Positions 50,891-61,140 of a DNA stretch of 64,000 nt are shown here, piece after piece. Numbering within the stretch: position 1 is the stretch's first letter; every line of letters starts with the position of its first letter. A program made the translations under genes and the position numbers. Below the pieces are notes generated by a model. The model ran no database searches, had not been told where the DNA came from, and saw only the letters and a list, made by a program, of their open reading frames with translations. The stretch is from Macrostomum lignano (taxonomy: Eukaryota): the NCBI GenBank assembly GCA_002269645.1, contig NIVC01001283.1, positions 248,001-312,000 of the forward strand, in the 5' to 3' direction.

Positions 50891-53021
50891 TTGTCCCATG
50901 ACTGAGCGTGCGTTTTTGGTCCAAAAAGCGTGCATTAATCTTACAGCCCAACCCTATGCGGCGTAGCCAAAAAAGCGTGCAGATAATGAAAAAAGCGTGC
51001 AGATAATGAAAAAAGCGTGCAGATAATGAAAAAGCGTGCAGATAATAGCGTACAGCGCCACAAAAAACAGCAGTTTGCAAGTGTGAGTTTTGGTGTTCGT
51101 TGTGTTGGCTGTTTTGGGGGTTGGCCTGCGCTGGGAGGTTGGGCACGCTTTTATTCACCTGAACCTATATTGATCGGAATGTACGCGCGTACATAGTGAA
51201 TGACAAATATATATATATATCGACTAACTTGGCCTTTGAGCCCTCGTACTGATTTTCTCGCAATTCTGGTCTTACACAAGCAACGTTTATTAAAACAAAG
51301 GGGAAAAACACAGCAAAATTTAACACCGATGCACAGAAACAAAAAGTCAGCAGTAAAACAGATGACAGCAGAAAGGTCGACGAAGATCTTAGATGCGTCC
51401 AAACGTGCAGCCGGTGACGTGACCACTGAAATTAAATACAACCTGTGGTACAGGCCCAATAGTATTGGTGGTTGGGGGCTCCGCGATCACACGAGCAGCA
51501 GGATCGTCCGTATTCGCCACGGCCCGTCGCGGGACCTTGCACAGAAGCGCCAAAACCTCCTTATCGACGCAGGCCACCTGGTTCGCGTGCATCACCGTGT
51601 TCAACGACGAGCACATGTCCTGCATCTCGCCAACGCGGCGTGACCCGAATCAAAGGTACCGCTCGACAGAGGCCGTGGCCTTGTGCCCCGTGACCTTGCA
51701 AATGTCGGATACTGAATGGCCGGCCACGGAGAGCTCCTTGATGACGGTGGACCGAACGCAGTGCGCAGTGTAGCGCCGGCTCAAGCTGGCTGCCTCGCAA
51801 ATGCGTGGGAAGAGCTCGGCAAAGCCATTAACGCCAATAGGCTGCTTGGGCGAAAACCACGTCCCCTTCTCGAAACCACTAACCTTCGGCTTCAGGAAGA
51901 ACGCCACGTCATCGGACGCCTTTTCGCCACAAGATGAAGAGCTAGGAATTGACGCACTTCTCTTCAGGAGGTAAAGTCGGAGGCACTCGACCGGGCACTT
52001 CACAGGAGACTCGGTCATCACAGCCTCCTTGACATTGTCGCTAGCGGCACGGCCCAAGTCCCTGGCGACATTCTTCACCCGCTTCTCTCGAAGGCGAACG
52101 ATCTCGCGACCGTCGGGGGCCTTGTCGAACTCGAAGCTGTCCACCCGCAAATCCCTCAACCACTCTCGACCACGGGTGCCGAAGTAGAAGACGACGTTGT
52201 AGTACGTCTCATGCAGAAGGCGAGTGGGAGTGCTCCGGTCGAAGTAGTCACCCAGTTTCTGTAGGTCCGATGGCTCCATAGCCTGGAAGTGGTCCACGCG
52301 GCCACCGCGGGCAAAGAAAAGACGCCCACCGGCCTTCAGCATTTGATTTGCAGAGTAGAATCGACCATCGGAAATGATGTTGATGCCCCGGTTCTTCATC
52401 AGGTAGCGGAACAAGGCAGCGCGAATGCACACGAGGCTGCTAGGAGCATACGGCTGGCCATCAGTCTTGCGAAGAGTGCCGTAAAAGTAGCGCAGGCCAA
52501 CGCTCAGCTCCTCAGGTTGCGAGGTGTCCAAATCGACGCGCAGGTGCGGATACTTGGCCAAGAAATCGCGAAATTTCGCGACGTATTGAGCCTCATGCTT
52601 CTTAGACGATTTACATCGGTCTCTTGCTCCAGCGCCCGGATTGATGCGTCAAGGTCGATCGAGGCCAAGTCGTCGTTCAAATCAAGGATGGAGTCGAATA
52701 GGCGGTTCAGCTCCTCGTTGTCGTCCACACTAGTTGCTTGGAGACGTAACTGCTCGTCCACAAGCTTCTCAACGTCGGCCCACTCAAAATGGTGGGAGAT
52801 CTCACCGGCCGTCATGCCGCTTCTCATGCCGTTAGGAAATAATGAATCCATATGGGGCCAAACTCACGATCAGAAGCTTGTGCATAGCAAGAAATTGTCT
52901 ATGGTCACTAAGAAAATGTCTATGGTAGGAACTCCTAGCTGCAGGAACAAAAAGCGTGCAGATAATAAAGTACAGTGCTGTGACAAAGAATTTTTTCAAC
53001 GCACGCTCAGTCATGGGACAA
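50891..53021 (-). mobile_element. Crypton (DUF3504 tyrosine recombinase) element with TIRs, near complete
   Basis: TIR TTGTCCCATGACTGAGCGTGCGTT with TA flanks; recombinase motifs RGRE, HCVR, TGH, ERY; frameshift at about 52612 and in-frame TGA at 51650-52; restored ORF 52851-51389. Confidence 0.85.
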
Positions 53022-53032
53022 TATGCCTACTA

Positions 53033-54574
53033 TTGGTTTTTGCATGCTAAGTGAGACATTTTTCAAGCAATCTGAGACTGAATAGCAAAAACACTATTGT
53101 CTATGGCCACCCCTCGCTGCAGCCCAGCTTTTTGGGCGCGCCTTGCAAGTAAAGTGAGACATTTTTTTCAAGCTAAGTGAGAACCATATTGAAAAAAGGG
53201 GTGGTTTTACGAAATTACAAAATGATGTACTGTCGGAAACTATATATTTAGAAAAGGATACGCAGGAACACAACAAAACAAGCGGTACAAAAATTGTTGA
53301 TAATGTTATAAGCGTTCAAATAAAGGGTTGCATGTTGATACACTGAGCAAACTTTCGAGTGCAGTGGAGCTCCCAGCCTGCGATCTTGTGCGGAGTAATG
53401 ACATGCAGCGATTCTCTTCCAAGCCGATCCATCAGCATGTATCGCCAATCATCTCGTGTCATGCCTGGTGGGCAACCGTTTTCCTCAGCCACGATTGCGG
53501 GCTCTACAAGGCGACGCTTAATCTCACTCTTAAGAACGTTGTGCGCCATGCCATCTCCACGGGATTCAAAAACGGCGAGTACGCCGGTAAGATTTGCAGA
53601 CGAATGAGATCCTCAAACTGCTCAGGTATCTCAATCCCTTGGTGAAAATTTGGACCATCGAAAATGAGAATAACTCGTCTGCCAGGAGCATCGGCCTGTA
53701 TGATGTTAGCCAGTTCCAAAATAAACTGCTGAAATCTCTCTCGTGTTTGACCACCTCGCTGCAGCGTACAGTGGACAAGACCCAGTTCAGATGACACTGC
53801 TAAGCACATCGTCATGTTGGGACCCCTCTGCGTTACCACCGTTCGTCGCACAGGCTGGCCAACTCTTGCTCGACCCTGCGTCCTTCTCGTCCATAGGTTG
53901 TAGCCAGTCTCATCGATAAACACAGCCAGGTCATTCACAGGCAGTCCCGTCATCATCATAGCATAGTCGCGCCTCGCTTGTATCACATCCTGTGTATTCG
54001 CAGCAAGCCTCACGTCGGCATCCTTGGTGGCGACTTTCAGTGAGATAAGCATGGAGCTCATCGCTCTAGCAATGGTGGATTCAGAGATAGCCGGCTTTTG
54101 TGGCAACTCCAAAGTTAGTTTTCTCTGCACATCCGTCAGAGTAACATAGGGATTTTGCTCAACTATCTGCTCAACGGCGTTCCGCATTTCAGCATCCATT
54201 TTTGTTGACCCCGGCTTGCGGCCACCGCGTTGCAACGCATGGAATTCACCAGTAGCTGCGTAGCGACTCCATATCCGATAGGCCGTCTTCTTGTTCAGAT
54301 TAAGGATTTTGGACGCAGTCGAAATTGAGTAACCATCTTCGACGGCATTGACCAGGCGCTCTCTATCCTCGTTGCTTGTTAGACGCAGTTGATTTGCCAT
54401 AGCCCAGCCTTTGTTTTCAACATGGTTCTCACTTAGCTTTAAAAATTTCTCACTTTGCTTGCAAGGCGATCCCAAAAAGCTGGGCTGCAGCGAGGGGTGG
54501 CCATAGACAATAGTGTTTTTGCTATTCAGTCTCAGATTGCTTGAAAAATGTCTCACTTAGCATGCAAAAACCAA
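53033..54574 (-). mobile_element. IS630/Tc1-like transposon A (DD33E)
   Basis: TA TSD, about 170-bp TIRs, ORF 54400-53316 with FIDETG, IFDGPNFH, YSPFLNPVE; 5-bp duplication frameshift at 53545-53554. Confidence 0.92.
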
Positions 54575-54641
54575 TACTAGGCTTACTCGTGCGATAATAG
54601 TCTATGGCACTCGTGCGCTTCGCGCACTCGAGCCAAGACTA

Positions 54642-56229
54642 TTGGTTTTTGCGAGCTATCTCAGCCAAGGAGCAAGCAAACTCATCCATCCCATAGATTT
54701 CAATACGACGAAGGAGGTGGTTTGAACCATAGACTATCACGTTTTTTCAACCAAACTCATCCAACGGGCGAGCAATTTCAGCCATAGCTTGTTTATTAAG
54801 CGAAAAATTTAATTGGTTCGTATATAAGAGACTTTATGATAGAGCAGCACATCAGAACACAGGAAATTGACTAACGGAACAAACAAATGACTCACTAAAT
54901 AAGCACTGGTTGCATCTGATGCACGGTGTCAATTTGTCAGCTAGTCTCATTAGACAAAGGGCTGCTGCTGGATGCACTGAGCATAATTTCTGCCGCAATG
55001 AATTTCCCAGCGAGCCACCTTCAGTGGTGTCACCGTGTCCAAGGCAATGCGGCCAAGTCGCTCCAACAGAATACAGCGCCACTCGGTACGGTTCATTCCA
55101 TCCGGAATTCCACCAGCTTCCTCTTCCACCAGGGCAGGATTGACCAGCTGCCGTCTGATGTCAGCCTTCACCGCGCTATGCGCCATTTCGCATGGGTTTA
55201 GGAACGGCGAATAGGCAGGAAGCAGCTGCAGTGAAATCCTCGGCTGATGATTCTGTGGCACGATGACTCCACGGTGGAAGGTCGGCCCGTCACAGACAAT
55301 TACAATTCTCGCATTGTTAACCTGGCCTTGGACTTGCTCCACTAGCTCGTTTACAAACTGTTGAAACCGCGGCCGCGTTTGGCCTCCTCGGAAGATCTCA
55401 CTCTTGACCAAACCCAGCGCAGAGGAGACGGCAAGGCAAATGGTCAAATTTGGTCCTCTCTGAGTGGTGCAGATGCGACGCACAGGCTGACCTCTGATTG
55501 CTCGGCCTTGTGACCTTCGGCTCCACAAGTTATATCCAGTCTCATCGATGTACACCACCACGGCATCGTGTGGCAGCGTCGTCATCATCTGGGCATAGTC
55601 GCGTCGTCGGGCAAGCACTTCATCCGAGTTGGCTTGCAGGCGAATGTCCGCGTCCTTAGTCGCAATTTTGAATGTGTACAGAGAGCCCTGCAGTGCTCTG
55701 TGCACAGTCGTGGTCGACACCACGGGTTTGTTTGGCAGTCTTTCGTGCAGCTGCTGACACATGGTCTCGAGTGTTGCAAACGGATTGGCATCCACAATGC
55801 GAGTCAACTCTTGGCGCATTTCTGCGTCAATCTTGCTTGATTCCTCCCGTATTCCGCCACGTTGGAGAGCAGCAATTCTTCCAGTAGCTACGTAAGTCCG
55901 AATTATATGTCTGGACGTCTTCAGCTTTATCCCGAGAATGCGTGAAGCAGTGCTCAAATTTTGTCCGTCATTCCGGCCATGCGTTGATTAGCTTCTCTCT
56001 GTCGGAGTTGGATGTTTGTCGCAACTGAGCCATCGGAGGAGGAGGAAAGAAAGAAGGGAAGAGGAAATGAATGGGCAGACAAGCTATGGCTGAGATTGCT
56101 CGCCCGTTGGATGAGTTTGGTTGAAAAAACGTGATAGTCTATGGTTCAAACCACCTCCTTCGTCGTATTGAAATCTATGGGATGGATGAGTTTGCTTGCT
56201 CCTTGGCTGAGATAGCTCGCAAAAACCAA
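54642..56229 (-). mobile_element. IS630/Tc1-like transposon B (DD33E)
   Basis: TA TSD, about 150-bp TIRs also starting TTGGTTTTTGC; ORF 56033-54950 with a +1 frameshift near 55976; YIDETG, VCDGPTFH, YSPFLNPCE. Confidence 0.92.
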
Positions 56230-57308
56230 TATTATCGCACTCGAAAGCCTAGTAGTAATCTAAATATACTAAATCTCTAATATTTGTTTGTTTGTATGCT
56301 TGTCCATAATCTTACATTAACTATGTTTAAGAGAGTCGAGCTCTACTGGCTCAAGCAGCCGTTAGCTGCCTACACAGCCATAGACAAAAATGAACTGAAT
56401 TACGCTCGAAAATACAAGTGAAGCTCGCAATAAGTTTGCTGTGCTCAACCCACAGCAAAAAGCTTGGTGACCGGAGGGGGTTGGTGGATTCTAAAAATCG
56501 GACTCAGATTTTCATCCTTATTGGCACTCTATACTTGGCGACCTCAATACTCTTTGGACAAGAGCCAGAGTGAATGGCGCTGTGTCGTTTCTGTTGGGAG
56601 AGCGAAACCCCTATATATCGTTCCAGAGCCGCGCTGCTGTGCCCAGTGACACGTGCAATATCTGCACGCTGTACTCCCGCCTCATTAAGTGTAGTCGCAC
56701 ACGTCTTGTGCAGGCTAGCGGCCTGTCGGCTCCTAGGACGCCCGTAGCCCATAGCTTGTCTTCGACACTTGACGGGATCGGCTCAGCCCACCGGAGTCCA
56801 GAGCCCTTGCCGTCGCGCGTGCTAAAATTCATAGAGGCATCCAAAGCGCGTCTAGAGTCAGCAAACTCCTGGTCCCTTCACAGGCTCCACGTCTGCTTGC
56901 ACTGATTCACGATATAATACTGAATCATGCTGAAGAAATCCTTTAGCGACGAGGCAGAATAGCGTTCACCATTCTTATTACGCACTTTCAACATGAAGAA
57001 TCGCAGGACATAGTTTAGATCACTCTTGCTCATGTCTTTAAGATCTTTCAGAACCATCAAGTTCATCACACTCCCATTTGCCTAATGCTGCTTCTTCAGT
57101 GCATGCCAGGCACTGAAGGTGTTGACCATCTGTAGAAAAGTCAATGCCGCGATATTGTGCTAGGCAGGCATGAAAAATAACTCAAGGCCCGCTTGCACTT
57201 AGCAGGGCCGACTTATATATTTGGCTATGACTAATTGCGTAATAAATCAATTATTGAAGTGGTTGGCTGTACGTACTTGTACGGGGCAGTGATAGCGCCG
57301 GACCAAGT

Positions 57309-57312
57309 GAGC

Positions 57313-57372
<60 letters not shown>
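57309..57372. repeat. (GA)n microsatellite
   Basis: About 30 GA units. Confidence 0.95.
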
Positions 57373-57374
<2 letters not shown>

Positions 57375-57731
57375 CAGATGTACACTGCCCCACACCATCC
57401 ATTCGCATTTCTTCTTCGTCGTTACTGGAGTCACTGCGTCAATTGCATCAAAGACGTCCTGCTCATTCATAGACGCCGCATTCGGTTCAGCAGATTGAAT
57501 TTGTCAACAGTTAAATTTGTTTCAGTGAGGCTTTCCTGCTATTTATCTGTCGTCTGTCTGTCTTTATAAAATATGTATACAGTATTGATGTCTATGGCCA
57601 ATTTGCGGGTTGTAGTTAAATACAACCCGGAGATTTCTTACTAGCTGTTATATAAATTAGCGGGTTGCATTTCGTACAAACAAACAAGCAAGATTTTCAT
57701 TTCTAGTATATGGATTTAAGTGAGATGACAC

Positions 57732-57816
57732 AGAGTTGAGGGATGTATTTTTCTTAAACCCCTCGGGCCTTCGGCCTTCGGCCCTCGGTGCTAAAATAAA
57801 TACATCCCTCAACTCT
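57732..57816. other. Palindromic hairpin element upstream of a Crypton ORF
   Basis: 19-bp perfect inverted arms AGAGTTGAGGGATGTATTT around CCTCGG GCCTTCGGCCTTCGGC CCTCGG. Confidence 0.7.
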
Positions 57817-58625
57817 ATTTGTTATCTTATACATATCCTGCTTGACCTCAAAACCATAACTTTTGGCTCTCTGAAGATCAGCCATCATGTTCTTGATCTT
57901 CGATGGTGATAAAGCGTAGGACATCCTTCCTTCAGAATCCTTGACTACAACCAATTCCTTAGGTCGTTGCAGTTACGGAAATCTCTCTCAAAATGTTACT
58001 TTAAAAAGTTTCAATGCATTGAATTTTTACTTATAGTAGTGTTTTATGCTAAAATTTGCCGATTTTAAATAAAATATACTATAAAGATATTACGGTACAA
58101 AATAAGCCCTGATACAGCTAAATGTATTTCAGTCAGTAAAACCCCACATTAGGGCTAAAATAGCAATTTAAAATATGTAAAAAGTTCGACAAATACGAGC
58201 TTTTACGAGAGTTGTTCTAAAAATAGCCGAGTTTAGTAGTGCAGTCGGCAGCAGTAGCTGGGTTAACACCCAAACTATCGCCCCTGTCCGTACCAGACGT
58301 CTACGAATTCTCGACTACCAGTAAATTGCACTCTGAAACAGTTTGGCGAAAACAAATGCAGTAAAACAATAAACACTTTTTTTGCCTGAAATGTGTGAGA
58401 ATTCAGACAATAAAGTTTTTTATCGCATATATACATATTTGAGCACTGCTCAGCTAATAGGTAAACAACACGAAACAATTCAAGCAGAGGGGACGCTGTA
58501 AATTTCGATCGAGGCCTGTTTCCGCAACAACACTATGTAGGCTCCCCTAAGCATCAGCGAGACGGGAGTTTTTACCTTCTTAACACTAAATTTACAAAAT
58601 CAAACCTCAATGCATTCCGATCGAA

Positions 58626-58915
58626 GGGGTTGTAGCCTAGTGGTCAGAGCGTCGGTCTCACAACTGAAAGGTCTGGGTTCGATTCTCGACCCACTTAGGA
58701 CAATTTGTGTCCTTGAGCAAGACACTTAACTCTGCATTGCTTCAGTTCACCCAGCTGGAAAATGGGTGCCAGCATTAGCTGGGGTAATTGAGGGTGTGTG
58801 GCGACCCCCCCTTCCCCCAGTCCTTGGACTGAACAGCCGTACGCAGCCTTCAGATGCGCCGCGCAATAGCTGCGGCTGAGCTGTCGGTTGCATATCTGCA
58901 CATTGGGGCACATGT
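58626..58915 (+). mobile_element. tRNA-derived CORE-type SINE
   Basis: A box TAGCCTAGTGG, B box GGTTCGATTC, then CORE-like TGTGTCCTTGAGCAAGACACTTAAC..CAGCTGGAAAATGGG. Confidence 0.75.
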
Positions 58916-58987
58916 AATGAAAAATATTCTGAATATCAAAGAATGAAGAGTAAAGGGTCAGACGGAGATTGAGATATTTGAGGAATC

Positions 58988-59371
58988 ACACAGAGCTCAC
59001 AGTTCACAGAGCTCACAGTTCACAGAGCTCACAGTTCACAGAGCTCACAGTTCACAGAGCTCACAGTTCACAGATCTCACAGTTCACAGAGCTCACAGTT
59101 CACAGATCTCACAGTTCACAGATCTCACAGTTCACAGAGCTCACAGTTCACAGATCTCACAGTTCACAGATCTCACAGTTCACAGAGCTCACAGTTCACA
59201 GATCTCACAGTTCACAGAGCTCACAGTTCACAGATCTCACAGTTCACAGAGCTCACAGAGCTCACAGTTCACAGAGCTCACAGTTCACAGAGCTCACAGA
59301 GCTCACAGTTCACAGATCTCACAGTTCACAGAGCTCACAGTTCACAGATCTCACAGTTCACAGAGCTCACA
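58988..59371. repeat. 16-bp minisatellite CACAGA(G/T)CTCACAGTT
   Basis: About 24 tandem units. Confidence 0.95.
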
Positions 59372-60028
59372 GTATCGTGTCCATATAAACGCACAGTAGA
59401 ACTCTCAACTCAGGGAGTGAAAGTGAACTGGGCTTCGCGGCTCAAAAACAATGCTTAAAACTTGGTCAAAACTCTCCAATACTGTCAGCTGCTACTGCAG
59501 TGGGCGGAGCTGGCCGAAAATGTGTCCCCTTATCCCCTAATGGTAAATAATTCAATGGGAGCTTGCTTCATTGATTTGCTCACCCTCTGTCTCTCACTCT
59601 ATTCCTCTCTGAAGTGGCGATTTATTGTCGCTATTGGCGCTTAGTTGGCGCCGTAGAACTGCCTGCCTGACGAGTTCTGTGCAGACACGTTCGTAGGCGT
59701 CCTTGCCTATTTGCTATATACAGATATAGTTGGTAGCATAGAGTTTTATGTGTTGCTAAGCTAGACCGCCGATTACGTAATAATATTAGTGAATTGCACA
59801 ATGCAGCTCAAGTATATGGTCCGGTCTAATTGTCTGTGTGTTTTTTTCTTTTTACCAATTCATTTCTGCAAGTCTGAATTGAGTCGCTTTCTGTAAACTT
59901 GGACAATTTTAATTATCTCAGCAATGCATTTGGCATGCTTAAGTAGCGATATATTTCTTGGCATGTGGCTAATATTATTTGATAATATTACTCATAAACT
60001 TTTTCCGAATTCGTCCGAATAAGCAGAC

Positions 60029-60535
60029 CAAAGAGTATTGAGGTCGCCTATAGTATAGAGTGCCAATAAGGATGAAAATCTGAGGCCGATTTTTAGAATC
60101 CACCCACCCCTCCGGTCACCAAGCTTTTTAGTCTATGGCACAAGTTGTGGCTAGAATGGTGTACAAAGCCGATGCTCAGAAATATAAGACATTTCACACT
60201 TAGAAAATGCATGTATCAAATAAGCAAGACAACATCGCTCAGTCACCAGACTCAGTTGCCGTCGTCGATACACAACTCCGTAACAGCCATGCCATATAGC
60301 CCTTACGTCTGAACAACAACAGCCATGCCACTAAAGTCCAGCTACATTAGCTACTTGTATTTTTCTCATGCACTCTATGCATATTTCTGAGCATCGGCTT
60401 GTACACCATTCTAGCCACAACTTGTGCCATAGACTAAAAAGCTTGGTGACCGGAGGGGGTGGGTGGATTCTAAAAATCGGCTTCAGATTTTCATCCTTTT
60501 TGGCACTCTATACTAGGCGACCTCAATACTCTTTG
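60029..60535. mobile_element. Intact P-type MITE
   Basis: About 155-bp TIRs starting CAAAGAG; 8-bp TSD AAGCAGAC (60021-28, 60536-43). Confidence 0.9.
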
Positions 60536-61140
60536 AAGCAGACGTTTTCCTGTCCTCAATTTCGCTGCATTTAATGCCTATTAATATATATACATATATA
60601 TATCATTCTTCAAGCCAAGAGCCCGCATCGGTGCCAGTGTTGGGCTGCTAAGGCCAAATAGACAAAGCAGCGCGTGCTGGCTGCGAGCCAGCGAATCTAA
60701 GGCCGGGGGGGGGAGAGAAGGGGAGAGAGTGAGGAGAGAGCGGGGGCAGTCAGTCGGGTGTGAGGAAGGAGAAGAGAAACAGGCCATCCGCTGCATTTCT
60801 ATTTCTAGGAAAGCCTACACGGCCTCTACGGTTTTCAATGCAGCAAAACTTCCCCCGTGGCTTCCCACGCTCCCTTCTGCAGCTCTCCGCCTGAGCAGCC
60901 AGCTTCTGCATTGAGTAGGAACACCAGACCAGGGAGAGTTGCTTCTCTGACGCACCTGGCAATTACGCAACAATCGGTGGAACACAAGCAGCTCGAGTAA
61001 GGAGAGGCAATTCCGCCAGAGCAAACAGCACTATTTGCTCCTGCTACTGCCTGCCGCTGCTCAGAGCGTTCGCCAGGCTGGATTCCTGACTCACCCCCGG
61101 GCGTTGGCACACGCAGCCAGGCTGACAGCTGCACCGCATC

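Larger units (their letters stand above)
50783..56457. mobile_element. Solo-LTR-like insertion (about 310 bp net) hosting nested elements
   Basis: TG..CA ends with 5-bp TSD AAAAG (50778-82, 56458-62). Confidence 0.5.
44521..56556. mobile_element. P-type MITE copy expanded by nested insertions
   Basis: CAAAGAGTATTGAGGTCGCC TIR; 8-bp TSD GACAAGAG at 44513-20 and 56557-64; pieces 44521-44720, 50571-50782 and 56458-56556 reassemble the 60029-60535 element. Confidence 0.88.
44283..57470 (-). mobile_element. Crypton element split by a 12-kb nested insertion
   Basis: LNYVLRFFMLKVRNKNGERYSASSL..ARVTGHSSAALERY at 56565-57470 continues in frame (HSG|SCPMVEST) at 44520-44283 across the TSD GACAAGAG. 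Confidence 0.8.
11672..60434. promoter_or_regulatory. Dispersed conserved octamer CCATAGAC/GTCTATGG (about 50 exact copies) in TE subtermini; function unknown
   Basis: Exact copies at about 11672, 11897, 12163, 13834, 14220, 16217, 16704, 16900, 17251, 18258, 18984, 19479, 20082, 21386, 22260, 22886, 22940, 23755, 25716, 26477, 27635, 27930, 30917, 31935, 32188, 33043, 33834, 33865, 34141, 34279, 36398, 36487, 38894, 39547, 40789, 41870, 43992, 44621, 50768, 52897, 52918, 53099, 54501, 54600, 54727, 56137, 56378, 57590, 60131, 60427. The enrichment is seen directly; a regulatory role is inferred. Confidence 0.55.

Noticed and set aside
53033-56229. Possible Fanzor/TnpB cargo in the IS630-like elements
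   Set aside because: The transposase ORFs fill the space between the TIRs; no RuvC or zinc-finger ORF is visible.
58626-58695. tRNA-Val(CAC) gene
   Set aside because: Anticodon and T stems pair poorly and it runs into a CORE-like domain, so it is a SINE head.
11672-60434. Octamer copies as a CRISPR-like or integron cassette array
   Set aside because: Spacing is irregular (20 bp to 6 kb), both orientations occur, and copies fall inside TIRs and LTRs rather than at cassette boundaries; no cas genes.
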